Positions 1 through 9,451 of a DNA stretch of 64,000 bases are shown one piece after another. Under the pieces are notes generated by a model. That model was not told the origin of the DNA. It ran no database searches and worked only from the letters and a program-made list of their open reading frames with translations. The stretch covers positions 3,968,001-4,032,000 of the forward strand of contig CAVWVQ010000003.1 in NCBI GenBank assembly GCA_963758525.1, given 5' to 3'. Each line of letters starts with the position of its first letter. Position 1 is the stretch's first letter. Made by a program: the position numbers and the translations under genes. The DNA is from an uncultured Phycisphaerales bacterium. Its GTDB lineage: Bacteria; Planctomycetota; Phycisphaerae; Tepidisphaerales; Tepidisphaeraceae.

Positions 1-1
1 G

Positions 2-2191
2 TTCGACGTCGTCTACCAGGACAGCGTCCCGCTCCAGGCAAGCACCATCAACTCCTCGGACGTGACGGTCACCGGGCCCAATGGACAGATACTGCCCGTC
101 AGTACCGCCGATGCTCCCACTGACGACGGCACGTCATTCCAGGTCGTCTATTCGGTCACGCCGCCTGCCGGCACGTGGGCTCCGACCGACAATGGCACGT
201 ACACGGTAGCGCTCAACGCCGCCGTCACCGATGAAAATAACAACACGGCCCAGCCTCAAACGGCTCTGGGCACGTTCGACATCAGCGTTCCCGGTCTGGC
301 AGCCACTTTCGGTTCCCCCGTGTTCACTCCGAACTCAATCGAATTGCCGGTCACCTATACCGACACCGTTCCGATCGCGGCAAGCAGCATCAATGCATCG
401 AATGTGACGATCACCGGTCCCGAGGGCCAGGTGATTCCGGCCGCCACCGTAAACGGGGCGCCTTCGCAGGACGGAACATCTGTCGCTGTCACGTATGTGA
501 TCGACGCGCCGCACGGCACGTTGAGCAGCAACGATAATGGAACGTACATCGTTGCCATCAATCCGACGGTGACCGACGAAGACAACATCCCTATCGCGGC
601 ACAGCAGAATCTCGGCTCCTTCACTGTCGACATCCCCGGCGTAAAGGCGGTGTTCGGCCAGACTCTTTCAACTTCATCGCACGCCTTGTTTGATGTCGAT
701 TACACCGACAGCGCGGCGATCAACGCCGATACCATCAGCCCGTCGGATCTCACGGTCATCGGGCCAAATGGTCAATTGCTCCCCGCGTCCGTCGTTAACA
801 TGCCGGCGCAGAACGGCACCTCGTACAGCATTATCTATTCCGTCGACGCGCCCAACGGCGCATGGTCGGCTGCCGACGACGGCGCGTACACCGTCGACCT
901 CACCTCCGCGGTCACCGACGCCAACGGCGACACTTCCGCCGCGACATCCGCCTTCGGCAGCTTTGCCATCACCGCCAGTCCGACCGTGCAGTTCGGCGCG
1001 CCAAGCGAGACGGTTGACGAATCAGCCGGCACTTTCAGCATCAGCGTCACGCAAAGCGCAATCTCAGCGACTGACACGACCATTCCGTTCACTCTGGGCG
1101 GGACCGCCGTGTCGGGCACCGACTACAGCGGCGTCACCAGCTCGCCATTGGTGATCCCAGCCGGTCAAGCGTCGGGCACCATTACCGGCTCGTTGCTCAG
1201 CGATCCGGGAAATTCCGGGACGCTGACGCTTTCCCTCGGCACGCCCACAAACGCGACGCTGGGAGCGACGAGCGCAACTACGTTGAGCATCAGCCAGCCA
1301 CCGGCAGCAAAGTCAGCGACGACCACGACGCTCACCAAGAGCACGACTACCGTGGCGGGTTTCGGGCAAAGCATCACATTTACCGCAACGGTCGCACCCG
1401 CAGCCGGGGCCGGGGCCGGCCCCACCGGCACGGTGATATTCGAAGAAAACGGTGCTGTGCTCGGCACCGGCGCCCTCAGCGGCGGTGTCGCGACATTCAC
1501 CACCGATTCGCTCCCCGCCAACATCTATTCAATTAAGGCATTCTACGGCGGAGACACGCACTTCAATGCCAGCACATCCCATTCATTGAGACAGACGGTC
1601 AACCTCGTCACTGGGACCAAGAGTACGACCACGATCGCCCCGTACGGGCAAACCATCACTTTCACCGCGACGATATTGGCAAGCCAAGGCACTCCCACCG
1701 GCACCATTACTTTCATGGACAGCGGTGCCGTACTGGGCACGGGCACTCTCAGCGGAGGGGTCGCCACGTTCAGCACCAATTCCCTGGGCGTCGGCGTGCA
1801 TTGGATTCAAGCCTCCTACGGCGGCGACGCGCACTTCAACACCGGCACGTCAGTTTCCTTGAGGCAGACGATACGACAAGCGCAGACAACAACCGCGCTG
1901 ACCAAGAGCACGACCGGCACCGCCGCTTTCGGGCAGAGCGTCACCTTTACCGCCACGGTAGCCACTGTCGCCACAGGCGCCCTCGCACCCAGCGGCACGG
2001 TTACTTTCATGGACAACGGCAGCGTGTTGGGGACAGGCAGTCTTGCCGGAGGAATCGCCACATTCAGCAGCAGTTCGCTGCCCGTCGGCGTCAACTCGAT
2101 CAAGGCCGTCTACGGCGGTGACGCCACCTTCAACACCAGCACGTCCCATCCTTTGCGACAGACGGTCAAATCGCCGCCACACTCGGTTTGA
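2..2191 (+). CDS. Large surface/secreted protein with repeated beta-rich domains, a Calx-beta-like domain and Ig-like (Big_3-type) repeats; 5' partial
   Basis: Frame is open from the window edge. Repeats of type VTGPNGQ..DNGTYTV, Calx-beta-like VQF..PSETVDESAG..GTAVSGTDY, and three Ig-like repeats (GQSITFTATV...GTVTF.D.G..LGT..L.GG.ATF...Y.GD). Confidence 0.8.
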   Translation, partial: FDVVYQDSVPLQASTINSSDVTVTGPNGQILPVSTADAPTDDGTSFQVVYSVTPPAGTWAPTDNGTYTVALNAAVTDENNNTAQPQTALGTFDISVPGLAATFGSPVFTPNSIELPVTYTDTVPIAASSINASNVTITGPEGQVIPAATVNGAPSQDGTSVAVTYVIDAPHGTLSSNDNGTYIVAINPTVTDEDNIPIAAQQNLGSFTVDIPGVKAVFGQTLSTSSHALFDVDYTDSAAINADTISPSDLTVIGPNGQLLPASVVNMPAQNGTSYSIIYSVDAPNGAWSAADDGAYTVDLTSAVTDANGDTSAATSAFGSFAITASPTVQFGAPSETVDESAGTFSISVTQSAISATDTTIPFTLGGTAVSGTDYSGVTSSPLVIPAGQASGTITGSLLSDPGNSGTLTLSLGTPTNATLGATSATTLSISQPPAAKSATTTTLTKSTTTVAGFGQSITFTATVAPAAGAGAGPTGTVIFEENGAVLGTGALSGGVATFTTDSLPANIYSIKAFYGGDTHFNASTSHSLRQTVNLVTGTKSTTTIAPYGQTITFTATILASQGTPTGTITFMDSGAVLGTGTLSGGVATFSTNSLGVGVHWIQASYGGDAHFNTGTSVSLRQTIRQAQTTTALTKSTTGTAAFGQSVTFTATVATVATGALAPSGTVTFMDNGSVLGTGSLAGGIATFSSSSLPVGVNSIKAVYGGDATFNTSTSHPLRQTVKSPPHSV

Positions 2192-2272
2192 TCGAGAGCG
2201 AAACCGCGTGCGGGTTCGGGCGCAATGCCGAAGCGCCGCGCGATCCCGGCCGGCTACAGTGCCGAGAAACGC

Positions 2273-2370
2273 AGAACACGAATCGACACGAATTTCGCGC
2301 GAATCTTCACGAAGCAGATCCCTGGGGTCTATTCGCGAGGTTCGTGCGCCATTCGTGCAGGTTCGTGTTC
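2273..2370. repeat. Imperfect inverted repeat (ACACGAAT.../...ATTCGTG type palindromic element)
   Basis: Left arm gaacacgaatcgacacgaatttcgcgcgaat is complementary to right arm attcgcgaggttcgtgcgccattcgtgcaggttcgtgttc. Confidence 0.55.
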
Positions 2371-2431
2371 GCTTTCTTAGATTCGCGCGGCACCCTGGAG
2401 ATTGACAGCGCGGCGCTGCGGTTGACCCGTC

Positions 2432-2687
2432 GCGCCGCCCAGACTCCTCGAACGCCGAGGGTGCTTGCACCCCCACTGGTCGCCGTCGATCGCGACAACG
2501 GGCGCCGCCCAGACTCCTCGAACGCCGAGGGTGCTTGCACCCCCACTGGTCGCCGTCGATCGCGACAACGGGCGCCGCCCAGACTCCTCGAACGCCGAGG
2601 GTGCTTGCACCCCCACTGGTCGCCGTCGATCGCGACAACGGGCGCCGCCCAGACTCCTCGAACGCCGAGGGTGCTTGCACCCTCGGT
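2432..2687. repeat. 70-bp tandem repeat (about 3.6 copies) built on a REP-like palindrome
   Basis: agactcctcgaacgccgagggtgcttgcaccc recurs at 2441, 2511, 2581 and 2651. The last copy completes the hairpin ccgagggtgc-tt-gcaccctcgg. Confidence 0.95.
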
Positions 2688-2771
2688 CCGCGAAGACGCG
2701 AAGCGAGCGCCACGCGCCGCGGCGGAAAACCAGCGTTTTTAGGATGGCGGAAAGCCGGGAAACCCCAACCC

Positions 2772-3930
2772 TCAAGTCAGGGACTTTGCCCACCTGATCA
2801 GCACGTCGGCAACCTCCGGCCGGCTGAACTCGGCGGGGGGCGCTGACCGGCGCCAGCAGGTCGCGGACTTTGGTGCCGCTGAGCATCACCCGGTCTTCGT
2901 TGGCAGAGTTGGTCGTCTTTGGACTGGCCATCGCCTGGGTCTTCTTGCAGTAGAACGTGTGCTCGAATTTGAGCGGGATGACGCCGATCTCTTCGGGCTT
3001 GAACTCGTCGAAAATTTTCTGGGCGTCGTAGGTGCCGTAGTAATTTCCGACGCCGGCGTGGTCGCGCCCGACGATGAAGTGGGAGACGCCGTAATTCTTG
3101 CGGATCAGCGCGTGCAGGATGGCCTCGCGCGGGCCGGCGTAGCGCATCGCCAGGGGCATCACCGTCAGCAGCGTGCGCTCCTTGTTGTAATAGTTGTCGA
3201 TCAGCACCTGGTAGCATTCCATGCGAACGTCGGCGGGAATGTCATCAGCCTTGGTTTCGCCGACGACAGGGTGAATGAGCAGGCCGTCCGTCATCTCCAG
3301 CGCGACTTTGGTGAGATACTCGTGGGCGCGATGAATCGGGTTGCGGGTCTGGAACGCGGCAATGGTCTGCCAGCCGCGCGATGCGAACGCTTCGCGCGTG
3401 CGGGCGGGCGACAAGCGATGGTCGGGAAACTCAGGGGCGTAGTTGGGATTGATGACGTCCACTTCGCCGCCCAGGCAGGTGTTTCCCTGCTTCTGCACGA
3501 TCGCAACGCCGGGATGGGCCGGGTCCTCGGTGCGATAGACATTGGGGATTTCGAGCTTTTTGTCGTGAGCGTACTTCTGACGCACCGTCATCGTCGCCAG
3601 AAGATTGCCGCGATCGTCCTTCAGGGCCAGTTTGTCCCCTTCCTTGATCGTCGCGGTGACCTCGTCGCCAGGGCAGAGCGTTACGGGGATCGGCCAGACC
3701 GTTCCGTTGGCAAGCCGCATGCTTTTGCAGACGGACTCAAAATCTTCCCGGCCCATGAAGCCCGTGAGCGGGGAGAATGCGCCGACGCCGATCATCTCCA
3801 GGTCGCACTGCTCGCGGGGGGAGAGCGTGATGGATTTGAAGCCGGATGCTGCCGTTGTGGCGGCAGTCCCCTTCACCATATCGAGAATGCGATTGACCAG
3901 TTTGCCGCCGTGCGCGGGGATCAGGGACAT
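2772..3930 (-). CDS. sat: Sulfate adenylyltransferase (ATP sulfurylase); apparent indels near the 3' end
   Basis: MSLIPAHGG start with AGGAG RBS; QTRNPIHRAHEY, MRYAGPREA and HFIVGRDHAG motifs. The C-terminal EFSRPEVADVL..* is found in a shifted frame near 2845. Confidence 0.93.
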
Positions 3931-4126
3931 AGTACTCCTGTTGGTTGCTAAAAACGGGCGATAGATTAGCGTGTTTTCCGATAGGAACAAGGAGCCGCGC
4001 TAAACGAGCCTGCGCAAGTACCGCGAACGCGCGGAAAACATGCTGCCACGCGAGCAACGGCTCAAAACGGCGGGCCGAAACGCGTGGGTCGCCAAGAACA
4101 CCTGGAAACGAAGAAGTTGTGATCTT

Positions 4127-5512
4127 ATGAGTCCGCGCACGAAAAAGACAGCGACATTCATTCTGCGGTGGGGCATCGCGGTGGCCGGGGTGTGGTACGT
4201 CTTGGCCAAGACGTCCTTCAAGGATCGCGTGCTGGTGGTGGATCCTCAGACGGATCAGCCGCGCGCCGTGACTGTGCTGAATGACGCGAAGGACTCTGAC
4301 AGTCAGTTTGAAATCGTCGACCCCAATGCGAATCCGCACACCCGCTGGGTTCCGCGCAGCGAGATTTGGATCAAGCCCGACGGCTCGACATTTCTCATCC
4401 CCGATGCCGACGGCACCTTGAAAAAAGCAAAGCTCCTGGCAGTTTTGCCGAGCAATCAACCGGGGACGAAATTTCCGGCGGAAGTCATCTTGAGCCGCGA
4501 TGGAAAGCCCGAGCGGATCGACCCCGCGACGGTGCCGGGAGCCGAGTATAGCGTGTCGGTTCCCTATCCGCGGGTGGATATCGGCCTGAACCGTCTGGTG
4601 CGCGGAGCCAACCCGTGGTTTTTGCTCCTGTCGCTGTCGGTCATCCCCACTGCGATCATCATCACCAGCCGTCGCTGGCACATGCTGCTGGAGGTGCTGG
4701 ACATTCATATGGGGCAGTGGCGCACCTTCGTGATTTGCATGGTCTCCACGTTCTACAGCACGTTCATGCCCGGATCGACCGGCGGAGATCTCGTCAAGGC
4801 TTATTATGCCGCGAAGCACACGACGCACCGCACCCGCGCGGTCATGTCGGTCCTCATCGATCGAATTCTGGGATTGCTGGCCCTGATCATTCTCGGCGGA
4901 TTCATGGCATCCCTGCAATTCCAGGTGCCCGAGTGCCGGCGCGTCGCCATCGGCTGCTGGGCGCTGCTCGCGGCCACGATCATCGGATCGCTTGTCTTCT
5001 ACCATCCCGCTCTTCACAAGGCATTTCGCGTCGATTGGATTCTCGCCCGGCTGCCCTTGCAGCGGCAGGTCTCCAACGGCATCGAGGCGCTGCATCTGTA
5101 TGGACAGCGTCCCTGGATTCCGATCTGGGCGATCATCATGACCTTCCCGGTGCATATCGCGACGATCATCGCAGCCTATTTCGCGGGCCGCGCGTTCGGA
5201 ATCGAGATGCATTTTTTCTATTACTGGGTGGCCGTGCCCGTGATCGTGCTCGTCGGGGCGATTCCCATCAGCCCGCAGGGAGCCGGCGTGATGGAGTTTT
5301 TCGCGATCGAGCTGACGCGCCGCCAGGGCGTTCCCACCAGCCAGGCCATCGCGCTGGCCATGTCCATCCGATTCGTCGCGATCTTCTGGAACCTCGTCGC
5401 CGGCATTTTCGTTCTCCGCGGCGGATATCATGCGCCAACCCAAACCGAGGCCCATGAACTCGAAGACGATGCACCGCCGGGCGTCGGGGTAGCGCCGGTG
5501 GTTTCAGTTTGA
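4127..5512 (+). CDS. Lysylphosphatidylglycerol synthase TM / UPF0104 flippase-like membrane protein
   Basis: RWHMLL, FMPGSTGGDLVKAYY, DRILGL and IPISPQGAGVME motifs; multiple TM segments. Confidence 0.85.
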   Translation: MSPRTKKTATFILRWGIAVAGVWYVLAKTSFKDRVLVVDPQTDQPRAVTVLNDAKDSDSQFEIVDPNANPHTRWVPRSEIWIKPDGSTFLIPDADGTLKKAKLLAVLPSNQPGTKFPAEVILSRDGKPERIDPATVPGAEYSVSVPYPRVDIGLNRLVRGANPWFLLLSLSVIPTAIIITSRRWHMLLEVLDIHMGQWRTFVICMVSTFYSTFMPGSTGGDLVKAYYAAKHTTHRTRAVMSVLIDRILGLLALIILGGFMASLQFQVPECRRVAIGCWALLAATIIGSLVFYHPALHKAFRVDWILARLPLQRQVSNGIEALHLYGQRPWIPIWAIIMTFPVHIATIIAAYFAGRAFGIEMHFFYYWVAVPVIVLVGAIPISPQGAGVMEFFAIELTRRQGVPTSQAIALAMSIRFVAIFWNLVAGIFVLRGGYHAPTQTEAHELEDDAPPGVGVAPVVSV

Positions 5513-5545
5513 TGGAGAATGCGAAGGCATGCACACCGATCCGCG

Positions 5546-5727
5546 TTTCTCATTTTTCATTTTTCATTTTTCATTTTATCTTTCGCTTTTGCCCTTGCCT
5601 CGTTCTTTACTTGATCAGTTTCTTCACTTGATCAGCCCACGGAACGTCCAAGGAAAGATGAAAAATAGAAAATGAAAAATGAAAAGCTGGCAATTCTGAA
5701 CCCTGAACCCTGAACCCTGAACCCTGA
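5546..5727. repeat. Heptamer microsatellites: (CATTTTT)n / (ATGAAAA)n in inverted arrangement plus (CTGAACC)n
   Basis: Directly visible at about 5550-5577, 5658-5685 and 5696-5727. Confidence 0.85.
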
Positions 5728-5740
5728 CTTGGCTCCTGCG

Positions 5741-6562
5741 ATGCTCCGCCGAGTTGATCGCGTCATCCTGAGAGTGGCCAGCGTGGCCGGGGCCGTGTCG
5801 TACTATCGCGACGTGCTGGGGCTGACGCTGGTGCGCGACGACGGGCGCGTGGCAAGCTTCAAGCTGGCCGAAGGGGAGGCGGAACTGGTCGTCCATGCCG
5901 ATCCGGACTTGCCGGCGGAGGCGATTTATTTCCTGGTCGACGACGTCCGCGATCTGTATCAGCGGCGAGCTGCGCTGAAGCTCCGATTCTCCGGCCCGCC
6001 GATCCAGGCGACTCACGGCTATCGCGCGGAAGTAAAGGATCCCAACGGCAATGTGCTTCGCCTGCTGGACCGCAGCACGGACCGCGAAACGGGCGCGAAA
6101 GCCAAGACAACGATTGAGGACGGCCGCACCGCAGGATCTCTCTTCGCAGGCATCGAGCCGGCCGTCCCCGCAAAGCGCGCGGCCTTGATTTCCGTTTACG
6201 AGCAGATCGGTCGCACCGCCGACGACCTGCCGTATACGCCGCACTTCGAAACCCTCTGGACCAACTACTGCGCCCACTACGCCGATCAGAAGCCTTCCCG
6301 TCAGGAAACCTGGAGGCATCTGCTGAATCTCCGCAAAGCCGGCAAACTCCCGCGCCTCGGCGAAGCCCGCTCTCCCGCACCGGAAATTGCCGACGAGGAA
6401 AAAGCGCACCTGCGCACACTCCTCGGCGCCGAACTCGGCAAACGCGATCGATTGCCTTACAGCCCGCGATTTGAGGAATTGGTGAATACCTTCAACGCGC
6501 GTCGGCCGCGCCCCCTCTCCCCACACCTCGTTTGGCGTCTGGTCGCGACGCTCGCGAAATGA
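5741..6562 (+). CDS. VOC/glyoxalase-family domain fused to a duplicated C-terminal domain
   Basis: YYRDVLGL, YFLVDDV and DPNGNVL VOC motifs; C-terminal repeats DDLPYTPHFE and DRLPYSPRFE. Confidence 0.75.
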   Translation: MLRRVDRVILRVASVAGAVSYYRDVLGLTLVRDDGRVASFKLAEGEAELVVHADPDLPAEAIYFLVDDVRDLYQRRAALKLRFSGPPIQATHGYRAEVKDPNGNVLRLLDRSTDRETGAKAKTTIEDGRTAGSLFAGIEPAVPAKRAALISVYEQIGRTADDLPYTPHFETLWTNYCAHYADQKPSRQETWRHLLNLRKAGKLPRLGEARSPAPEIADEEKAHLRTLLGAELGKRDRLPYSPRFEELVNTFNARRPRPLSPHLVWRLVATLAK

Positions 6563-6627
6563 CCGCGCCGCATCATCCAATGTCTCATCGACTACAGCGA
6601 TAGCACCGATCGGCCTGGCTGATTCAT

Positions 6628-6867
6628 TCAACCCACCTTTCGATCCGCTGTAACGTATTCACCCGAGATGATGTCGTGAGCAATGTCGCGCGCTGGGCGA
6701 TGATACACCAGCGCGCCGACTCTTTCGATCTCGTTGCGGTATCGAACGATAGCACGCAGCGGCTGGTCGCCCTGCAGTTGATGCTCCAAGCGCAGGGCTT
6801 CTTCCACGTCGCCCCAGAATTGATGTATCTGTGCCACCGGAAGAGAATGAGGCTGACGATCCTGCAT
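6628..6867 (-). CDS. Small hypothetical protein
   Basis: 79-aa ORF with GGGAG RBS upstream of the ATG; no recognised motif. Confidence 0.45.
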   Translation of the reverse strand: MQDRQPHSLPVAQIHQFWGDVEEALRLEHQLQGDQPLRAIVRYRNEIERVGALVYHRPARDIAHDIISGEYVTADRKVG

Positions 6868-7025
6868 CGGGGCTCCCATCACCTCGCGGCCCAACCGTCG
6901 CGTTTCCCGCTGCGCACGAATGGCGGCACTCCTGCCGTTAATAGATCGGCCGCGCCCACTGGTTCTTTCGCACTCACGCCACGAATTGCCGTAGCATCGC
7001 GGTTTCTCCCTCCGTCGCGGCTAGA

Positions 7026-7388
7026 TCAATGAAGCGCCGGAGCAGCGCGGGTTCGAGAAAGGGGAAGGCAATGCTGGTAACACTCATCCGGCTCCAACCC
7101 TTTGGCTTTCTCCCGGCGGCGGAAGGTCGTGCTGCCCAGCGACGCCACCGGCATATCCAACTCGACCGTCAACGCCTCGATCATTCGCCCGAGCAGTTTT
7201 TTCGGCTTTTCGTGTTCCGGCAACGGCGACCGGATTTCCATCCTCCCCTGGTCGTAGGTGACGCGGATTGGCCGCTGGCCGATATCGCGAAGGAGTTTTT
7301 CGTACAACTCCCAACTCGCATCTTCCATGACGAAGTGCTGAATCTCATCGAGATGCATGACAGGCGGATGGGAGAGCGTACGGCTCAT
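7026..7388 (-). pseudogene. Truncated Uma2-family (PD-(D/E)XK) endonuclease
   Basis: SWELYE..RVTYDQGRMEI.SP..EHE, GSTTFRR and GLEPDECY are typical of Uma2; similarity stops right after DECY, so the C-terminal half is missing. Confidence 0.75.
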
Positions 7389-7527
7389 CCCAAAATAATA
7401 TCAACGACCGCCGCTGGCTGATAGCGGTTTCGCGCTGACGGGATGCGTCTTCCCTCCGGGACCTGCGGCCCGCTGCCGCAGAGGCTGTGATCCGCGCAGG
7501 CGTTCTTCGGGCGGTACAATAGATCTT

Positions 7528-7689
7528 ATGAAACACCTTACGGCTATCATTCACCGAGGCGAGCCGGATGAGGGGGGATTTTGGGCGACGTGTCTGGAGG
7601 TGCCCGGCGCGAACGGCCAGGGCCAAACGCGGGAAGAATGCTTGAGCAATCTGAAAGAAGCCGTTCAATTGCTGTTGGAAACCGATTAG
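7528..7689 (+). CDS. HicB-family antitoxin-like protein (short, no adjacent hicA)
   Basis: Not in the ORF track. MKHLTAIIHRGEPDEGGFWATCLEVPGANGQGQTREECLSNLKEAVQLLLETD*; TACAAT lies 7 nt upstream. Confidence 0.8.
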   Translation: MKHLTAIIHRGEPDEGGFWATCLEVPGANGQGQTREECLSNLKEAVQLLLETD

Positions 7690-7984
7690 AAAGCACTTGG
7701 CGCGTTCCATCTGCCGCAACATGTCTGTCCCGCCTCCATCCGGCAATTGAAAGCGGGAAGTTCGACCTCCCGGCGGACCCGCCGTGGGCGTTCGGATTAC
7801 CCGGCGGATGCCGGCCGCCTTGGTTCTGCGGGTCTGCACGCCCGGTCGTCCGGAGAACTCACGGGCTGCTACTAAGGGTTTTCAGACAGAGAGTGGCATC
7901 TGGGTCGATTCCGTGCCGTCGTGAGGCCATTGGGTTTTCAGACAGAGCCTGATGCCCTGCTCCAACGAATTGACATTGCAGAGT

Positions 7985-8056
7985 GAAGGTAAGCGGCAGC
8001 AAAACGGGGGTGGAGAGCTGACATGGCTGATGACCTGATCACCGCTTTTGCTCACC
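7985..8056. repeat. Conserved hairpin element, copy A
   Basis: aaggtaagcggcagcaaaa..gggtggag.gctgacat..gctgatgac...cttttgctcaccg, shared with 9301 and 11352. Confidence 0.75.
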
Positions 8057-8141
8057 GTGCTCCGACTGAGAAGAATCGAACGTATAAAATTGATTTGCTG
8101 CGCACTCCTGTCAGAATAGCCAGGAGTACGTGAGGGGCCAT

Positions 8142-8888
8142 ATGGACAGCAATCCGGTCGATGCGTTCCCGCCCGAAGTCATCGAGAAACTCGGCTTCTA
8201 CGTCTACCGCCTCATCGACCCGCGCAATGGGGAGACTTTCTACGTTGGGAAGGGAAAGGCCAACCGCGTCTTTCAGCACGCGCGGGCCGCCGTGAAACTT
8301 CTCGAAGAAGGCGACGAGACGACAAACAAGATCAAACAAATCCGCGAAATTCAGCAAGCCGGGCTTCAAGTGGGGCACGTCATCCATCGTCACGGTATGG
8401 ACGAGGCCACCGCCTTCCAGGTCGAAGCCGCTCTGATGGACGCCTACCCCGGCATCCATAATGATGCCAGTGGGATCGGTAGCGGGGACTACGGCTGCAT
8501 GCATGCTATCGAGGTCATCACCAAATATCGCGCCGACCCCGCCGAATTCCGCCACAAGGTGATACTAATTACCGTTAATCGAAGTCTTGAGGTCAAATCC
8601 CTTTACGACGCGACCCGCTTCGCCTGGAAGATCAGCCAGTCGAAGGCGAAGCAAGCCGAGGTGATTCTGCCCGTGGTGAAAGGGATCATTAAGGGCGCCT
8701 TCGTTGCAACAGAATGGTTGCCCGCGACGACCGAGAATTTTCCCGGCTGGCCGAACCATCCGGATCGCGTTGCCTTCAACGGACACGAAGCGCCTGAACC
8801 GATCGTAAGCCTTTACCTAAACAAACGCGTGCCGGAGAAATATCGTCAACAAGGCGCAGCGAATCCGATTCGCTATGCATTTCCATAA
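8142..8888 (+). CDS. LEM-3-like GIY-YIG nuclease domain protein
   Basis: FYVYRLIDPRNGETFYVGKGKANRVFQH, IHRHGMDE..AF.VEAAL and C-terminal ANPIRY. Confidence 0.85.
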   Translation: MDSNPVDAFPPEVIEKLGFYVYRLIDPRNGETFYVGKGKANRVFQHARAAVKLLEEGDETTNKIKQIREIQQAGLQVGHVIHRHGMDEATAFQVEAALMDAYPGIHNDASGIGSGDYGCMHAIEVITKYRADPAEFRHKVILITVNRSLEVKSLYDATRFAWKISQSKAKQAEVILPVVKGIIKGAFVATEWLPATTENFPGWPNHPDRVAFNGHEAPEPIVSLYLNKRVPEKYRQQGAANPIRYAFP

Positions 8889-8974
8889 CCCGTGCCGCCC
8901 AGGGACACGATAATGGGACGGACGGGGGACGAGAGACGAGAGACGAGACAGCTTTCAATTGGACGCGTCCCGGA

Positions 8975-9212
8975 CTCGTCCCGTTATTATTTTTCTGAGG
9001 CAAACCAGCGTGCAGTCATCACTTTTCACGCCAATCATACTCAGGAAGTACCTGGCGAATGGCGCGGGACGTGGGCCGTTGTCGACACGAAGACGGTGAT
9101 GGTGAAGACAAACAGACCCGGTGACTCGATCTTTACTTTCTCCCGTTCCAGGAGGGCCGTAATGGAAGAGAGTCACGACGGCAATAGCGTTTGGCGTCTG
9201 AAGGAGAATTGA
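8975..9212 (+). pseudogene. Probable C-terminal gene fragment, unknown family
   Basis: Protein-like open frame (YYFSEANQRAVITF...VWRLKEN*) whose 5' part runs into a palindromic element at 8908-8988. Confidence 0.3.
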
Positions 9213-9283
9213 ATTGCGCCAGAACTCCCTGATCTGCCAACTTCCTACGTCTCAAGGCGCTCACCGGAATGGATGAAGGACAC

Positions 9284-9365
9284 TAACGGGACGTCCCGTT
9301 AAAGGTAGGCGGTAGCAAAAAGGGGTGGAGGGCTGACATTCGCTGATGACCCCTTTTGCTCACCG
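9284..9365. repeat. Perfect palindrome TAACGGGACGTCCCGTTA followed by conserved hairpin element, copy B
   Basis: Stem agcaaaaaggggt / accccttttgct; same core as copies A and C. Confidence 0.75.
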
Positions 9366-9451
9366 GTGCCTTCTCAAGGATTCCACTCGTCGGAAGCCGC
9401 ACTCAATTTTACGCGAAACCCCCACTGGATGCGATAGAGCGCAATGACGAC

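Noticed and set aside
2432..2687. CRISPR array
   Set aside because: The would-be spacers are identical and no cas genes are present; it is a tandem repeat.
2377..2771. C-terminal repeat extension of Sat (537-aa ORF)
   Set aside because: Read-through artefact of a frameshift; the normal C-terminus ends at 2772.
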